64,000 bases of DNA. It comes from a phage. The notes under the pieces were generated by a model that was given only the letters and a program-made list of their open reading frames with translations, did not search any database and was not told the origin of the DNA. The position numbers were made by a program, and so were the translations under genes. Positions 1-8,201 of the stretch are shown piece by piece; position 1 is the stretch's first letter, and every line of letters starts with the position of its first letter. Where the stretch lies: NCBI GenBank assembly GCA_020279385.1, contig GCA_020279385.1_4762.1; one strand, given 5' to 3'.

Positions 1-1
1 T

Positions 2-2065
2 AACTTTGTTGCATATCATCATGTTTCTGGTTATGACAATCAATTTTGTGCCATTAATACAAGTGATGACACTTATGATATCTATGCATACTACTCCGAA
101 TTTACTAATATGGTAATGGCTGAATATCAAGCGTCCAGCGATGTTAATTTAACTGTGCTTGACCGTCCTGAATATGTAGGAGAAAAACCTGTAGCTGATC
201 ATATCTATGATGCATATACAATACGCTCTTTTAACAGTTTCAGTAACCGTGGAACATTAAATTTTGCTGGCAACCATCAAGGACAATATGACATTGAGCA
301 TATGAACGAACAACCGACAAATGCTAAAAAGATGTTACGTCGGTTTAGAAGCTCTGCCATCGCGACAATCTGGCATGAAACCGTTGATGACCAGAATTAT
401 CGTCTTGCTACTGGCGGTACAGATTCAGGTCAACAATTATTGTTGTCTTCTGGGACCGGTTTGCATATTCGTAGATTGACCATCGATGGTGGCTTAGGTT
501 CCGGTTCTAATGCTGGTATTGATATTCGTCGAGGACCAAACGAATCAAGCCATTTTAATTTTATGGATTATCGCACTGGTCAAGATGTTCGTAATGGCTG
601 GTTTGGTTTTGGTGATTTGACGACCAAAGATTTTATTTGGTGGAACGATAACGGTCAAAACTCGATAAACTTGATCGAAAATGGTGAATTACATATTACT
701 GGCGGTAAAGGCCAGAAAATTGTAATGAATAGCGAAGTTGCATTATCTGAAAATGCTCGTTTGGCTGTTAAAGGTGGCAATTATGGATTAATTTTTAGAA
801 ATGATGGCGTTGGCTTCCATATTCTTACCACAGACCTCGGTGATTCATTTGGACCGTGGAATACTCGTAGACCATTCAGCTATAATTTTGCTGACGGTGG
901 ATTATATTTAGGTGGTACTAAAACTGCTCGTTGTTTGCATCTTGGAATTGATGGTAGCACTCGTCTTGAAGACAACCTGTTCTTTAAAGCTGGTTCTCGT
1001 CAATCTATGGACTATATGGAACTCGTCCATTGGGGGGCAAGCAATACAGGTCGAAATAACGTTTTAAGTCTTCGTGACTCAAAAGGATTTTTAGCAGAAT
1101 TTGAACGATTGGGTGATAATACCATTAAAAACTCCTTCTTTGGTAAACTTAAAGTTAATCGTGGTTCTGACGCAATCGTCATGAATGCCGAAACGGGTGA
1201 TTCGTCTATATATTTGCTGGGTACTTGTGCTGATAATAACAACTGGTATATCGGTAAAGGTGGTGCTGATAATGGATTAGCGTTCTATAGCTATGCTACT
1301 AATGCTGCTATCAATATTACAAACGCGGGTGATATCGCGCTAAGTCCAAAAGGCGTCGAAATGACTCATGTCAATAACGTTCGATTTTATGTTCATGGTG
1401 AACGTTGGACTGCTAGCCAATCTGGAGGTTGGAACGACCAATGGAGATTAGAAGCGCCGATATTTGTTGACCACGGCTATGTTGGACCAGACAGTTATTA
1501 TCCGATTCTTAAAGGAAGAAGTTTGATCACCAATCAAGGGTATACAACTGCCGTCGATTTTGGTATGCGTCGTGTTCCTCGAAATTGGGGGCAAGCAATT
1601 ATTCGTGTTGGATCTGCGGAGAACTCGCCAGCGGCTGGTCATCCTCAAGCTGTATTCGAGTTCCATCATGATGGTACTTTTTACTGTCCTTCCAATGGCA
1701 ACTTTAACGATGTTTATATTCGTTCTGATGACCGTCTTAAGATTAATAAAGAAGAGTTAGAAAACGGAGCACTTGAAAAAGTATGCCGTCTGAAAGTTTA
1801 TACTTACGATAAAGTTAAGTCTATTAAAGATCGTAGTGTGATTAAACGTGAAGCTGGTATTATTGCTCAGGATCTTGAAAAAGAATTGCCGGAAGCTGTA
1901 TCTAAGGTTGAAGTTGATGGATCTGCTGTTCTGACAATTTCTAATTCGGCAGTGAATGCTCTTTTAATTAAGGCTATTCAGGAAATGAGTGAAGAAATTA
2001 AAGAATTGAAAACTCCTTTCTTTACTAAAATTGCTCGCAAAATTAGTAAATATTTTAAATTCTAA
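2..2065 (+). CDS. 37: Long tail fiber distal subunit gp37, 5'-truncated at window edge, with C-terminal intramolecular chaperone (S74-like auto-cleaving) domain
   Basis: Frame open from window start to stop at 2065; C-terminal ~100 aa carry the intramolecular chaperone signature (SDDRLKINKEEL...IIAQDLEKELPEAV...NALLIKAIQEM); followed by gp38 and holin as in T2/T4. Confidence 0.8.
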   Translation, partial: NFVAYHHVSGYDNQFCAINTSDDTYDIYAYYSEFTNMVMAEYQASSDVNLTVLDRPEYVGEKPVADHIYDAYTIRSFNSFSNRGTLNFAGNHQGQYDIEHMNEQPTNAKKMLRRFRSSAIATIWHETVDDQNYRLATGGTDSGQQLLLSSGTGLHIRRLTIDGGLGSGSNAGIDIRRGPNESSHFNFMDYRTGQDVRNGWFGFGDLTTKDFIWWNDNGQNSINLIENGELHITGGKGQKIVMNSEVALSENARLAVKGGNYGLIFRNDGVGFHILTTDLGDSFGPWNTRRPFSYNFADGGLYLGGTKTARCLHLGIDGSTRLEDNLFFKAGSRQSMDYMELVHWGASNTGRNNVLSLRDSKGFLAEFERLGDNTIKNSFFGKLKVNRGSDAIVMNAETGDSSIYLLGTCADNNNWYIGKGGADNGLAFYSYATNAAINITNAGDIALSPKGVEMTHVNNVRFYVHGERWTASQSGGWNDQWRLEAPIFVDHGYVGPDSYYPILKGRSLITNQGYTTAVDFGMRRVPRNWGQAIIRVGSAENSPAAGHPQAVFEFHHDGTFYCPSNGNFNDVYIRSDDRLKINKEELENGALEKVCRLKVYTYDKVKSIKDRSVIKREAGIIAQDLEKELPEAVSKVEVDGSAVLTISNSAVNALLIKAIQEMSEEIKELKTPFFTKIARKISKYFKF

Positions 2066-2071
2066 CAACAA

Positions 2072-2089
2072 GGGGGCAACGCCCCCTTT
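2072..2089 (+). terminator. Short GC hairpin between gp37 and gp38 (weak terminator or stability element)
   Basis: GGGGGC-AAC-GCCCCC then TTT; only a short U-tract. Confidence 0.35.
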
Positions 2090-2101
2090 GGAGTATAAAT
2101 T

Positions 2102-2884
2102 ATGGCAGTAGTTGGTGTTCCTGGTTGGATTGGAAGTTCAGCCGCAAATGAAACAGGGCAACGATGGATGAGTCAAGCGGCTGGTCAATTAAGATTGGGT
2201 GTTCCTTGCTGGATGAGTCAATTTTCAGGTCGCTCGCGAGAAATTATTCATACACTTGGCGCAGACCATAACTTCAATGGTCAGTGGTTCCGTGATAGAT
2301 GCTTTGAGGCAGGTAGTACACCTATAGTGTTTAATATTACAGGTGATTTGGTATCATATTCTAAAGATGTTCCTTTATTCTTTATGTACGGAGATACACC
2401 GAATGAATATGTTCAGTTGAATATACATGGCGTAGCGATGTATGGTCGTGGCGGGAATGGCGGTAGCAAGGGTCCTGGATCAGCCGGGGGGCATTGTATT
2501 CAAAATGATATTGGTGGGAGACTAAGAATTAATAATGGCGGAGCTATTGCTGGTGGCGGTGGCGGTGGCGGTGGCGGGTATTATTCTCCTTTTCCACAAA
2601 TGAGATTAACCTTTGGCGGTGGCGGTGGGCGTCCGTTTGGTGCGCCGGGCGGATCTATTAATATGCAATCAGGCGCAACTGCTGGTACTCTTTATGCGCC
2701 CGGATCGGGGTCCGTGAACGGTATCTATAATGGCGGAAGCGGTGGTGAGGTAGGTGCTGCTGGAGGTAGATGTAATATTCGTGGTCAAGGTTCTGAATAT
2801 AATGGCGGTGATTCTGGATATGCTGTTATAGGGTCTTCTCCAACGTGGCAAAATCGCGGAGCTATTTACGGACCGGCTGTTTAG
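2102..2884 (+). CDS. 38: gp38 receptor-binding adhesin (T2-type) with glycine-rich motifs
   Basis: N-terminus [13 protein letters not shown]...[22 protein letters not shown] matches T2/T6 gp38 from memory; poly-Gly runs ([20 protein letters not shown]) separated by variable segments; SD GGAG upstream. Confidence 0.85.
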   Translation: MAVVGVPGWIGSSAANETGQRWMSQAAGQLRLGVPCWMSQFSGRSREIIHTLGADHNFNGQWFRDRCFEAGSTPIVFNITGDLVSYSKDVPLFFMYGDTPNEYVQLNIHGVAMYGRGGNGGSKGPGSAGGHCIQNDIGGRLRINNGGAIAGGGGGGGGGYYSPFPQMRLTFGGGGGRPFGAPGGSINMQSGATAGTLYAPGSGSVNGIYNGGSGGEVGAAGGRCNIRGQGSEYNGGDSGYAVIGSSPTWQNRGAIYGPAV

Positions 2885-2949
2885 ACGCAATTATAAAAAG
2901 AATTAAGGAAAACTCCCACGGAAGGGGAAACTACTAAGGAGAAACGGCT

Positions 2950-3189
2950 ATGGTCTATAATATCGTCATTGGTGCTTTGTCTAATTTCGGAATGAAATTA
3001 TTATCAAAGTTAATTAGTGAAAAGATGCTCACTAAAATTTTCTTCTATTGCGCTCGTCGTCTTGCGGCTTATACCAATACGCCAATTGATGATCGTTTTG
3101 TGGAAGAACTTTATAAGGAGTTTAATAAAGATCAGTCAGAAGATAGCAACGAGCAAGATAAACCTAGTGATAGTCAACTACCTAAATAA
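2950..3189 (+). CDS. Small protein (79 aa), hydrophobic N-terminus and acidic C-terminus, between gp38 and holin
   Basis: Strong SD AAGGAG 7 nt upstream of ATG; late-strand orientation. Confidence 0.55.
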   Translation: MVYNIVIGALSNFGMKLLSKLISEKMLTKIFFYCARRLAAYTNTPIDDRFVEELYKEFNKDQSEDSNEQDKPSDSQLPK

Positions 3190-3222
3190 GAGTACACTGT
3201 CATAGTTATCTTAGGGCATTAT

Positions 3223-3879
3223 ATGCAAGTTTCTGAAAAAGGGAAAGACTTTGCTATCTCAAATGTCCTGCGCGCTATTTTCACAACTAAAAGCACGGAG
3301 TTGCTCGTACTTCGTGTTTTTGCTGCCGTCGTGTTGTCTATATTAGCATTTGTCGTTTATAGCAAAAACGAGTTATTTGCGCTTTATAAAGAGACTCGTT
3401 ATGAGACGTATGCTCACGTTCTCCAGATAGAGAAAGACCGCAATTTTGATAATGCAGCACAGGAGCAGTTACAGATAGTTCATGTGTCGGCTGATGCCGA
3501 TTTTTCTGTTGTTTTTAGTTTTCGTCCGAAAAACCTAAACTATTTTGTTGATTTGGTGGCATATGAAGGAAAGCTACCGCATACAATCGATGAAAAAAAT
3601 TTAGGCGGATTCCCTATCAATAAAACGAGTGAAGAATATCGTAGGCATCTTTTAGGTAAATCCTATTTTACCGATAAAGATTTCCAGTATATTCCATCAA
3701 GAGAAAAGAAATTAGAGAGTATCGATATAGGGTTTATGTATTCTTGCCCTATATTCAATCTCGATAATGTCTATTCTGGTAGTATCGCCATTGCATGGAA
3801 GAATAAACCGGATATTGACATTGAGAATTTAGATACTCTTTGCAATCAATCTGCCAGAATCCTCGGAAGGATTAGATAA
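3223..3879 (+). CDS. t: Holin t
   Basis: 218 aa, N-terminal TM segment; conserved T4 holin blocks (LEQLQIVHVS, FRPKNLNYFVD, AYEGKLP, MYSCPIFNLDN, ARILGR). Confidence 0.9.
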   Translation: MQVSEKGKDFAISNVLRAIFTTKSTELLVLRVFAAVVLSILAFVVYSKNELFALYKETRYETYAHVLQIEKDRNFDNAAQEQLQIVHVSADADFSVVFSFRPKNLNYFVDLVAYEGKLPHTIDEKNLGGFPINKTSEEYRRHLLGKSYFTDKDFQYIPSREKKLESIDIGFMYSCPIFNLDNVYSGSIAIAWKNKPDIDIENLDTLCNQSARILGRIR

Positions 3880-3885
3880 CTTAAA

Positions 3886-3917
3886 GGGGAAGCCTTTCGG
3901 CTTCCCCTTCTTTTTTT
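3886..3917 (+). terminator. Rho-independent terminator after holin t
   Basis: GGGGAAGCC-TTTC-GGCTTCCCC hairpin followed by TTCTTTTTTT. Confidence 0.8.
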
Positions 3918-4164
3918 ATTGACGCATAGACGCGCCTGAATCGCATTTTGACGCTGTGTGATGAAAACAGGTAGCGTACCAGTCATCGGCTTGTTTGTCT
4001 TCGTCAGAAAACGCGTAATTTCGTTGTACGCCGTTTTCTACTTTGACCAGTGCAATAGCTGTTTCTGGAAGATCAATCAATCGGACAAAATCGCCATCTT
4101 CCCATTCTACACGAGCAATATCATAGCCCATCTCAAAGTATACAATCGCTTGTTCTAATTTCAT
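3916..4164 (-). CDS. Hypothetical protein (82 aa)
   Basis: ORF on early strand; ATGA overlap with upstream gene. Confidence 0.55.
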   Translation of the reverse strand: MKLEQAIVYFEMGYDIARVEWEDGDFVRLIDLPETAIALVKVENGVQRNYAFSDEDKQADDWYATCFHHTASKCDSGASMRQ

Positions 4165-4472
4165 TCTGGAAACTTCCCGTAAATGTTCTCTGCCAACATA
4201 CGCGCATCGCTAATGATATCTTTCATGCTATGACCGTAGTGTTCAGCCATTGAGTTGACACAATCAACAAAGAAATTATAACGGCGACGGTTTAAGATTT
4301 CTTCTCTGTTATAGTTTTCATATTTGACGGTCGAGTGTGCTTTCTCGATTGCCTTGATCGCTATATTGACTTCATTGATAATGGTTTTAGCATTGTATGC
4401 GCCACGACGGATCAGGATATTTGTCAATTCTCTTGCAATATCTTGCAATTCTTCATATTCATGTTCAAACAT
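4161..4472 (-). CDS. Hypothetical protein (103 aa; start moved to internal ATG with SD)
   Basis: SD GAGAGGT before ATG at 4472; track ORF extends to 4493 from a TTG. Confidence 0.55.
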   Translation of the reverse strand: MFEHEYEELQDIARELTNILIRRGAYNAKTIINEVNIAIKAIEKAHSTVKYENYNREEILNRRRYNFFVDCVNSMAEHYGHSMKDIISDARMLAENIYGKFPE

Positions 4473-4496
4473 AATCAACCTCTCAAAATACAATCC

Positions 4497-4829
4497 TTAC
4501 AGATGAAAACCTGTTACAATTACCGCATCGATCGTACCGCTAGGAATAAACGGTTCACCCTCTTTTATTTCAACTTTGAATTGATGCCATTTCGCTAATA
4601 CTTCTTCCGGTACACCCAGCGATTCGGCGTCTGCTTTAGTTTCATCCATAATCCAACTAGGCTGCATGAGAGCATAGTTTACATAGTCCATTTCTGGGGT
4701 CATGTCATCAATGTTAATATATTTGCAGTTGACGCGTTTCAGAATTTCAAATTCTTTATTATCAACCTGTACCATGTATAATTCAGTAGTTTCTGGAATC
4801 AGTTCCCACACAATCAGTACATTTTTCAT
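4497..4829 (-). CDS. Hypothetical protein (110 aa)
   Basis: SD GAGGTGA upstream of ATG. Confidence 0.6.
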   Translation of the reverse strand: MKNVLIVWELIPETTELYMVQVDNKEFEILKRVNCKYINIDDMTPEMDYVNYALMQPSWIMDETKADAESLGVPEEVLAKWHQFKVEIKEGEPFIPSGTIDAVIVTGFHL

Positions 4830-4837
4830 AGTTCACC

Positions 4838-5206
4838 TCACTTAACAAAGATTTTCTTTAATGCTTTCAGGATCGTTGCTTCCGGTGCTTCTTCCGGTGG
4901 AGGAAGCAATTCTACCACTTCCTCTTCCAACTCGATATAGTCTACCAGATATTCTACATAGAATGCAAGTGCTTCCATGAAATTAGATGCTACATCCGAT
5001 TCACCACAAGCTCCTACATGCATTGTATAAACATCACTGCGATCAAGTTTGTGGATGCTTCCCAGATAGTTTCGGTTATACCAGACTTCCCACACTTTCA
5101 GCTTTCCGGTTTTGGTTGCTGTTTTATAATCGGTTTCGTAATGATGCAATTGACGTTGCAAATCATTGATAATAACACATTTTTCGTAATTGTTTTGAAT
5201 TTCCAT
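4838..5206 (-). CDS. Hypothetical protein (122 aa)
   Basis: SD GAGGA upstream of ATG. Confidence 0.6.
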   Translation of the reverse strand: MEIQNNYEKCVIINDLQRQLHHYETDYKTATKTGKLKVWEVWYNRNYLGSIHKLDRSDVYTMHVGACGESDVASNFMEALAFYVEYLVDYIELEEEVVELLPPPEEAPEATILKALKKIFVK

Positions 5207-5216
5207 GATGTAATCC

Positions 5217-5408
5217 TCACTTATCGTTAAGAAGTTCTAAAACTTTCTGTCGTACTTTGTCAATATTAGTTGATTCAAAAACTGTACGGTATCCCCAGCT
5301 TTGACCGTATGAGCGCGAGCAATCCCCATATCCCCATTGTTCAACCTGATAGTATTCAAGGAATGGGTGTTGCCGAACTATGATACCATCACGGTTAAAA
5401 ATTACCAT
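5217..5408 (-). CDS. Hypothetical protein (63 aa)
   Basis: SD GAGGA upstream of ATG. Confidence 0.5.
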   Translation of the reverse strand: MVIFNRDGIIVRQHPFLEYYQVEQWGYGDCSRSYGQSWGYRTVFESTNIDKVRQKVLELLNDK

Positions 5409-5431
5409 AATATAATCCTCATGTCAACAAC

Positions 5432-5719
5432 TTATTTTCGGTTGTGGTCACGATATGTTTTAAAATATCCCTCGTACCACGGTAAAACATCTGGATTTTT
5501 ACCACTATACAGACCTTTAACCATCATGTCAATAAGACCGTCCGGTGTTTGATAATTACCAGCTTTTATAAGCTCTCTGATTAAAATTTCCTTGTATATG
5601 TCTTTCGGATCTTCGTAATCAACTTGTATTGTGGTTGTTGTCCCGCTTAATTTGGTTTCTGGAGTATCTTGCATCGCCTTCCACCAATCTTTTGTAATCT
5701 TCATGCTGTTGAATTTCAT
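5432..5719 (-). CDS. Hypothetical protein (95 aa)
   Basis: ATG at 5719 just after stop of upstream gene; track ORF starts from GTG at 5731. Confidence 0.5.
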   Translation of the reverse strand: MKFNSMKITKDWWKAMQDTPETKLSGTTTTIQVDYEDPKDIYKEILIRELIKAGNYQTPDGLIDMMVKGLYSGKNPDVLPWYEGYFKTYRDHNRK

Positions 5720-5721
5720 AA

Positions 5722-6489
5722 TTATCTGCACCCGTACTGGTCAACATAGATTTTAGAGTGTCCTTGTTCGCGGACTTCTAAGCGAATGATATCGCTATCC
5801 TGTTCACGCCACACATAATACTTTTTATTTTCTTTCCAGCCGCTAAAAACGATCATTCCGTTGTCATCAACTACTCGTTTTGTGTTTGCCTTATGAACAT
5901 CATTATTGTCGATGTATGTAAAATGGATAATCTGACCATCTTTTACTTTCAGAGTCAATTCACCTGGATTGTATTCTTTATAAAAAGGCTGTTCTTTCGG
6001 CTTAGTGTTTGCTCCGTCGATATTTTTCCATTTAAAGTGAGATTCACATTGCAAGGTAAACTCGCTGGTTTGTGGTTTCTTTTCTTTCTTCGGTTGCTCT
6101 ACCACTTTTTCTTCCTGTTTCGGTTGTTCTTCTTCAACCTTCGCAGAAGTCTCTGAATCGCTTTCTGACGCTGTTTCTTCTTTAGGTAATACATTCATCA
6201 AGTTTTGGATTTGAGCGTTATATACAGCCTCCAGTGGCTGAATCTGCCCGATATTGATCATTGTATCACGAACGGTTTTATTCCAGTTGCGTTGCTCTTG
6301 TTTCAGAGACGGATCAATCTTAACAGCCTTAACATATACTTCATGAAGTTTAGAATCCAGTGCTGAGATTGACTCATTAGCACAAATAAACTTCTCTGAT
6401 TTGGTAGTAGCTTTAGCGCAATCAAAGGACGCAGCATTAGCACCGAAAGCAGTAGCGGAAAGAACGATAGCAGCGATAATGTTTTTCAT
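5722..6489 (-). CDS. Secreted DUF1311/LprI-like domain protein (255 aa) with signal peptide
   Basis: N-terminal signal peptide MKNIIAAIVLSATAFGANA; DUF1311-like pattern FDCAKA...EKFICANE...LDSKL...VY...EQRNW; acidic/Lys-rich linker; C-terminal domain. Confidence 0.7.
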   Translation of the reverse strand: MKNIIAAIVLSATAFGANAASFDCAKATTKSEKFICANESISALDSKLHEVYVKAVKIDPSLKQEQRNWNKTVRDTMINIGQIQPLEAVYNAQIQNLMNVLPKEETASESDSETSAKVEEEQPKQEEKVVEQPKKEKKPQTSEFTLQCESHFKWKNIDGANTKPKEQPFYKEYNPGELTLKVKDGQIIHFTYIDNNDVHKANTKRVVDDNGMIVFSGWKENKKYYVWREQDSDIIRLEVREQGHSKIYVDQYGCR

Positions 6490-6517
6490 AATATATTCCT
6501 TAATGTTTTGTCTTGAT

Positions 6518-6552
6518 GGGAGTATCTTACTACTCCCTTAATCCGGTGTCAA
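6518..6552 (-). promoter_or_regulatory. Early sigma70-type promoter with stem-loop (PeSL-like) upstream of the LprI-like gene
   Basis: rc reads TTGACA-17nt-TAAGAT; inverted repeat GGGAGTA/TACTCCC flanks the -10. Confidence 0.65.
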
Positions 6553-6560
6553 CTATTTTT

Positions 6561-6716
6561 TTAAATTTCTTCTACAGTAAAGTCTTCAATGTTATTGTGC
6601 TCGGAGAACGTTGCCAGACCAGCATTCCATGCATCATCCTCAGAGAAGAATACACCGTAACGTTCATATCCTTTAGCGCCTTCAAATTTAACCATTAATT
6701 TGTGAGTATGTTTCAT
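6561..6716 (-). CDS. Hypothetical small protein (51 aa)
   Basis: SD AAGGAG before ATG at 6716; longer track ORF would overlap its own promoter. Confidence 0.5.
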   Translation of the reverse strand: MKHTHKLMVKFEGAKGYERYGVFFSEDDAWNAGLATFSEHNNIEDFTVEEI

Positions 6717-6747
6717 TTTGATTCTCCTTCGTTGTCTTGATGAGTTC

Positions 6748-6776
6748 ATTGTAGGGGATCGGCGATCCCCTGTCAA
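6748..6776 (-). promoter_or_regulatory. Early promoter with spacer palindrome (PeSL-like)
   Basis: rc TTGACA-GGGGATCGCCGATCCCC-TACAAT; perfect palindrome fills the 17-nt spacer. Confidence 0.65.
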
Positions 6777-6786
6777 CAACTATTTT

Positions 6787-6999
6787 TTAATTTTTACCCG
6801 CTCGTGCATTAATACGCATTTTCTGAATAGCCATGATCTGGCTTACTGCTTCTTCTTTACGTTCTTGCGTGATAACGTGACCAGATTCCGCAAACTCTCC
6901 CGCAACTTCTTCTACGATCTCGCGAACTTGAGAACGTCCAAAGATGCGGTTTCCTTCGTAGCCCATAAATTCAGTCACTACTTGCTCAATAGATTTCAT
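6787..6999 (-). CDS. Hypothetical protein (70 aa)
   Basis: SD AAGGAG upstream. Confidence 0.55.
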   Translation of the reverse strand: MKSIEQVVTEFMGYEGNRIFGRSQVREIVEEVAGEFAESGHVITQERKEEAVSQIMAIQKMRINARAGKN

Positions 7000-7026
7000 G
7001 TGATTCTCCTTCTTTCGTTTCGGTAT

Positions 7027-7061
7027 GGGAGTATCTTACTACCGACGACCTTTGGCGTCAA
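7027..7061 (-). promoter_or_regulatory. Early sigma70-type promoter
   Basis: rc TTGACG-17nt-TAAGAT followed by ACTCCC as in other cassettes. Confidence 0.6.
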
Positions 7062-7235
7062 CTAATTTTTATGGAATTTTAAATTATCTTCGACCTTCAC
7101 CCATTCCGCGTATTCTTGCGCGGCTACTTTCGGATTTAGGCCGTCTTCGTACATTGCTTCAAGTAATTCTTCGTCGGTGGGCTTATACCCTAGATAAGCC
7201 TCCACCTGATTTTTCCAAATTTTATACCAGTTCAT
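7062..7235 (-). CDS. Hypothetical small protein (57 aa)
   Basis: Internal ATG following stop of upstream gene; start uncertain. Confidence 0.4.
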   Translation of the reverse strand: MNWYKIWKNQVEAYLGYKPTDEELLEAMYEDGLNPKVAAQEYAEWVKVEDNLKFHKN

Positions 7236-7239
7236 ATTA

Positions 7240-7512
7240 TCACCAATCAAGAGCGCGTGTCTCTGCGTCTTCCCATGCTTGATCCATAACAGCCTTGAAA
7301 ACATATTCTAAAGTATCATCTTTCGAGAATCCGAAGATCTTAGACGGAATATCTTCAATTGCTACTCCCGCGACTTCCGCATTACGCGCTTGGCAATAAT
7401 GCAACTCTAAGTTATCGAGATAGCGACCGCCTAATTTCTCCATATCATCCCAGCATTTCCAGTAACCTACTTTATCTGCAATTGCCAACACTTTGCTGTT
7501 TTCGTTGTTCAT
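7240..7512 (-). CDS. Hypothetical protein (90 aa)
   Basis: SD AAGGAG before ATG at 7512. Confidence 0.55.
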   Translation of the reverse strand: MNNENSKVLAIADKVGYWKCWDDMEKLGGRYLDNLELHYCQARNAEVAGVAIEDIPSKIFGFSKDDTLEYVFKAVMDQAWEDAETRALDW

Positions 7513-7543
7513 CTTTGATTCTCCTTTTGTTTGGTATGGGTGT

Positions 7544-7572
7544 ATTATGCAATGCTGGATTATGGAAGTCAA
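7544..7572 (-). promoter_or_regulatory. Early sigma70-type promoter
   Basis: rc TTGACT-17nt-CATAAT. Confidence 0.55.
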
Positions 7573-7583
7573 ACAACTTTTCA

Positions 7584-7612
7584 AATAAAAAAGCCGACCA
7601 CAAGGATCGGCT
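7584..7612 (-). terminator. Rho-independent terminator (- strand)
   Basis: Hairpin AGCCGACC-ACAA-GGATCGGCT with A-run on + strand (U-run on - strand transcript) just after stop at 7623. Confidence 0.7.
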
Positions 7613-7622
7613 TAATAGTCAG

Positions 7623-8003
7623 TTACTTACTAAATTTCTTTTTGGCTTCGTCTACTGCATGAGATGCCAGCACCGCTGCCGCATGTGCACTTTTATCTGT
7701 GTTGCATAGAACACCCAGATAAACATCACGCCAAAGTTTAATCATCTCGTAGATCATATCAATATCATTTTCTTGTTTGTTGGCGATGCTATTCGTCGTT
7801 ATCTGGTAAGGCAACGGCTTGATCTGTACTGGTTCCGCCATCGGGCTAATCGGTTTCGGATCAGTCATAGGCTTTACATCCCATACGCCATTATGCCACG
7901 GTTTAATCGTTGTATCGTAAAGTTTATAAGGATTTTTGTCTGGATTAACCATCCAGGCATGATGAGTACCCAAACCATTTGAAGTAATGCGTCGTTCAGT
8001 CAT
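7623..8003 (-). CDS. Hypothetical protein (126 aa)
   Basis: SD GGAGGG upstream of ATG. Confidence 0.6.
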   Translation of the reverse strand: MTERRITSNGLGTHHAWMVNPDKNPYKLYDTTIKPWHNGVWDVKPMTDPKPISPMAEPVQIKPLPYQITTNSIANKQENDIDMIYEMIKLWRDVYLGVLCNTDKSAHAAAVLASHAVDEAKKKFSK

Positions 8004-8199
8004 ACTTTCCCTCCAAAAATTCTTTCATCAAATAGTCTATCGTTGCTCTGTGTTCTGGTGTGTTTGTTATCTCTGCTAACTTGTTCAGAGATTCAATAGT
8101 GATCCGGTTGGCTTCTTCCATAGTCTCAACGACCATCGGTACAATCTTTTTATTGTTGTACACGAAAGCCACATAACCGCCTTCTGGATATTCTTTCAT
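7996..8199 (-). CDS. Hypothetical protein (67 aa)
   Basis: ATG at 8199 just after gp52 stop. Confidence 0.5.
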   Translation of the reverse strand: MKEYPEGGYVAFVYNNKKIVPMVVETMEEANRITIESLNKLAEITNTPEHRATIDYLMKEFLEGKYD

Positions 8200-8201
8200 A
8201 A

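Noticed and set aside
2556-2640. GGTGGCGGTGGC simple-sequence repeat
   Set aside because: It lies inside the gp38 reading frame and encodes the poly-glycine motifs typical of T2-type adhesins; it is a coding feature, not a non-coding microsatellite.
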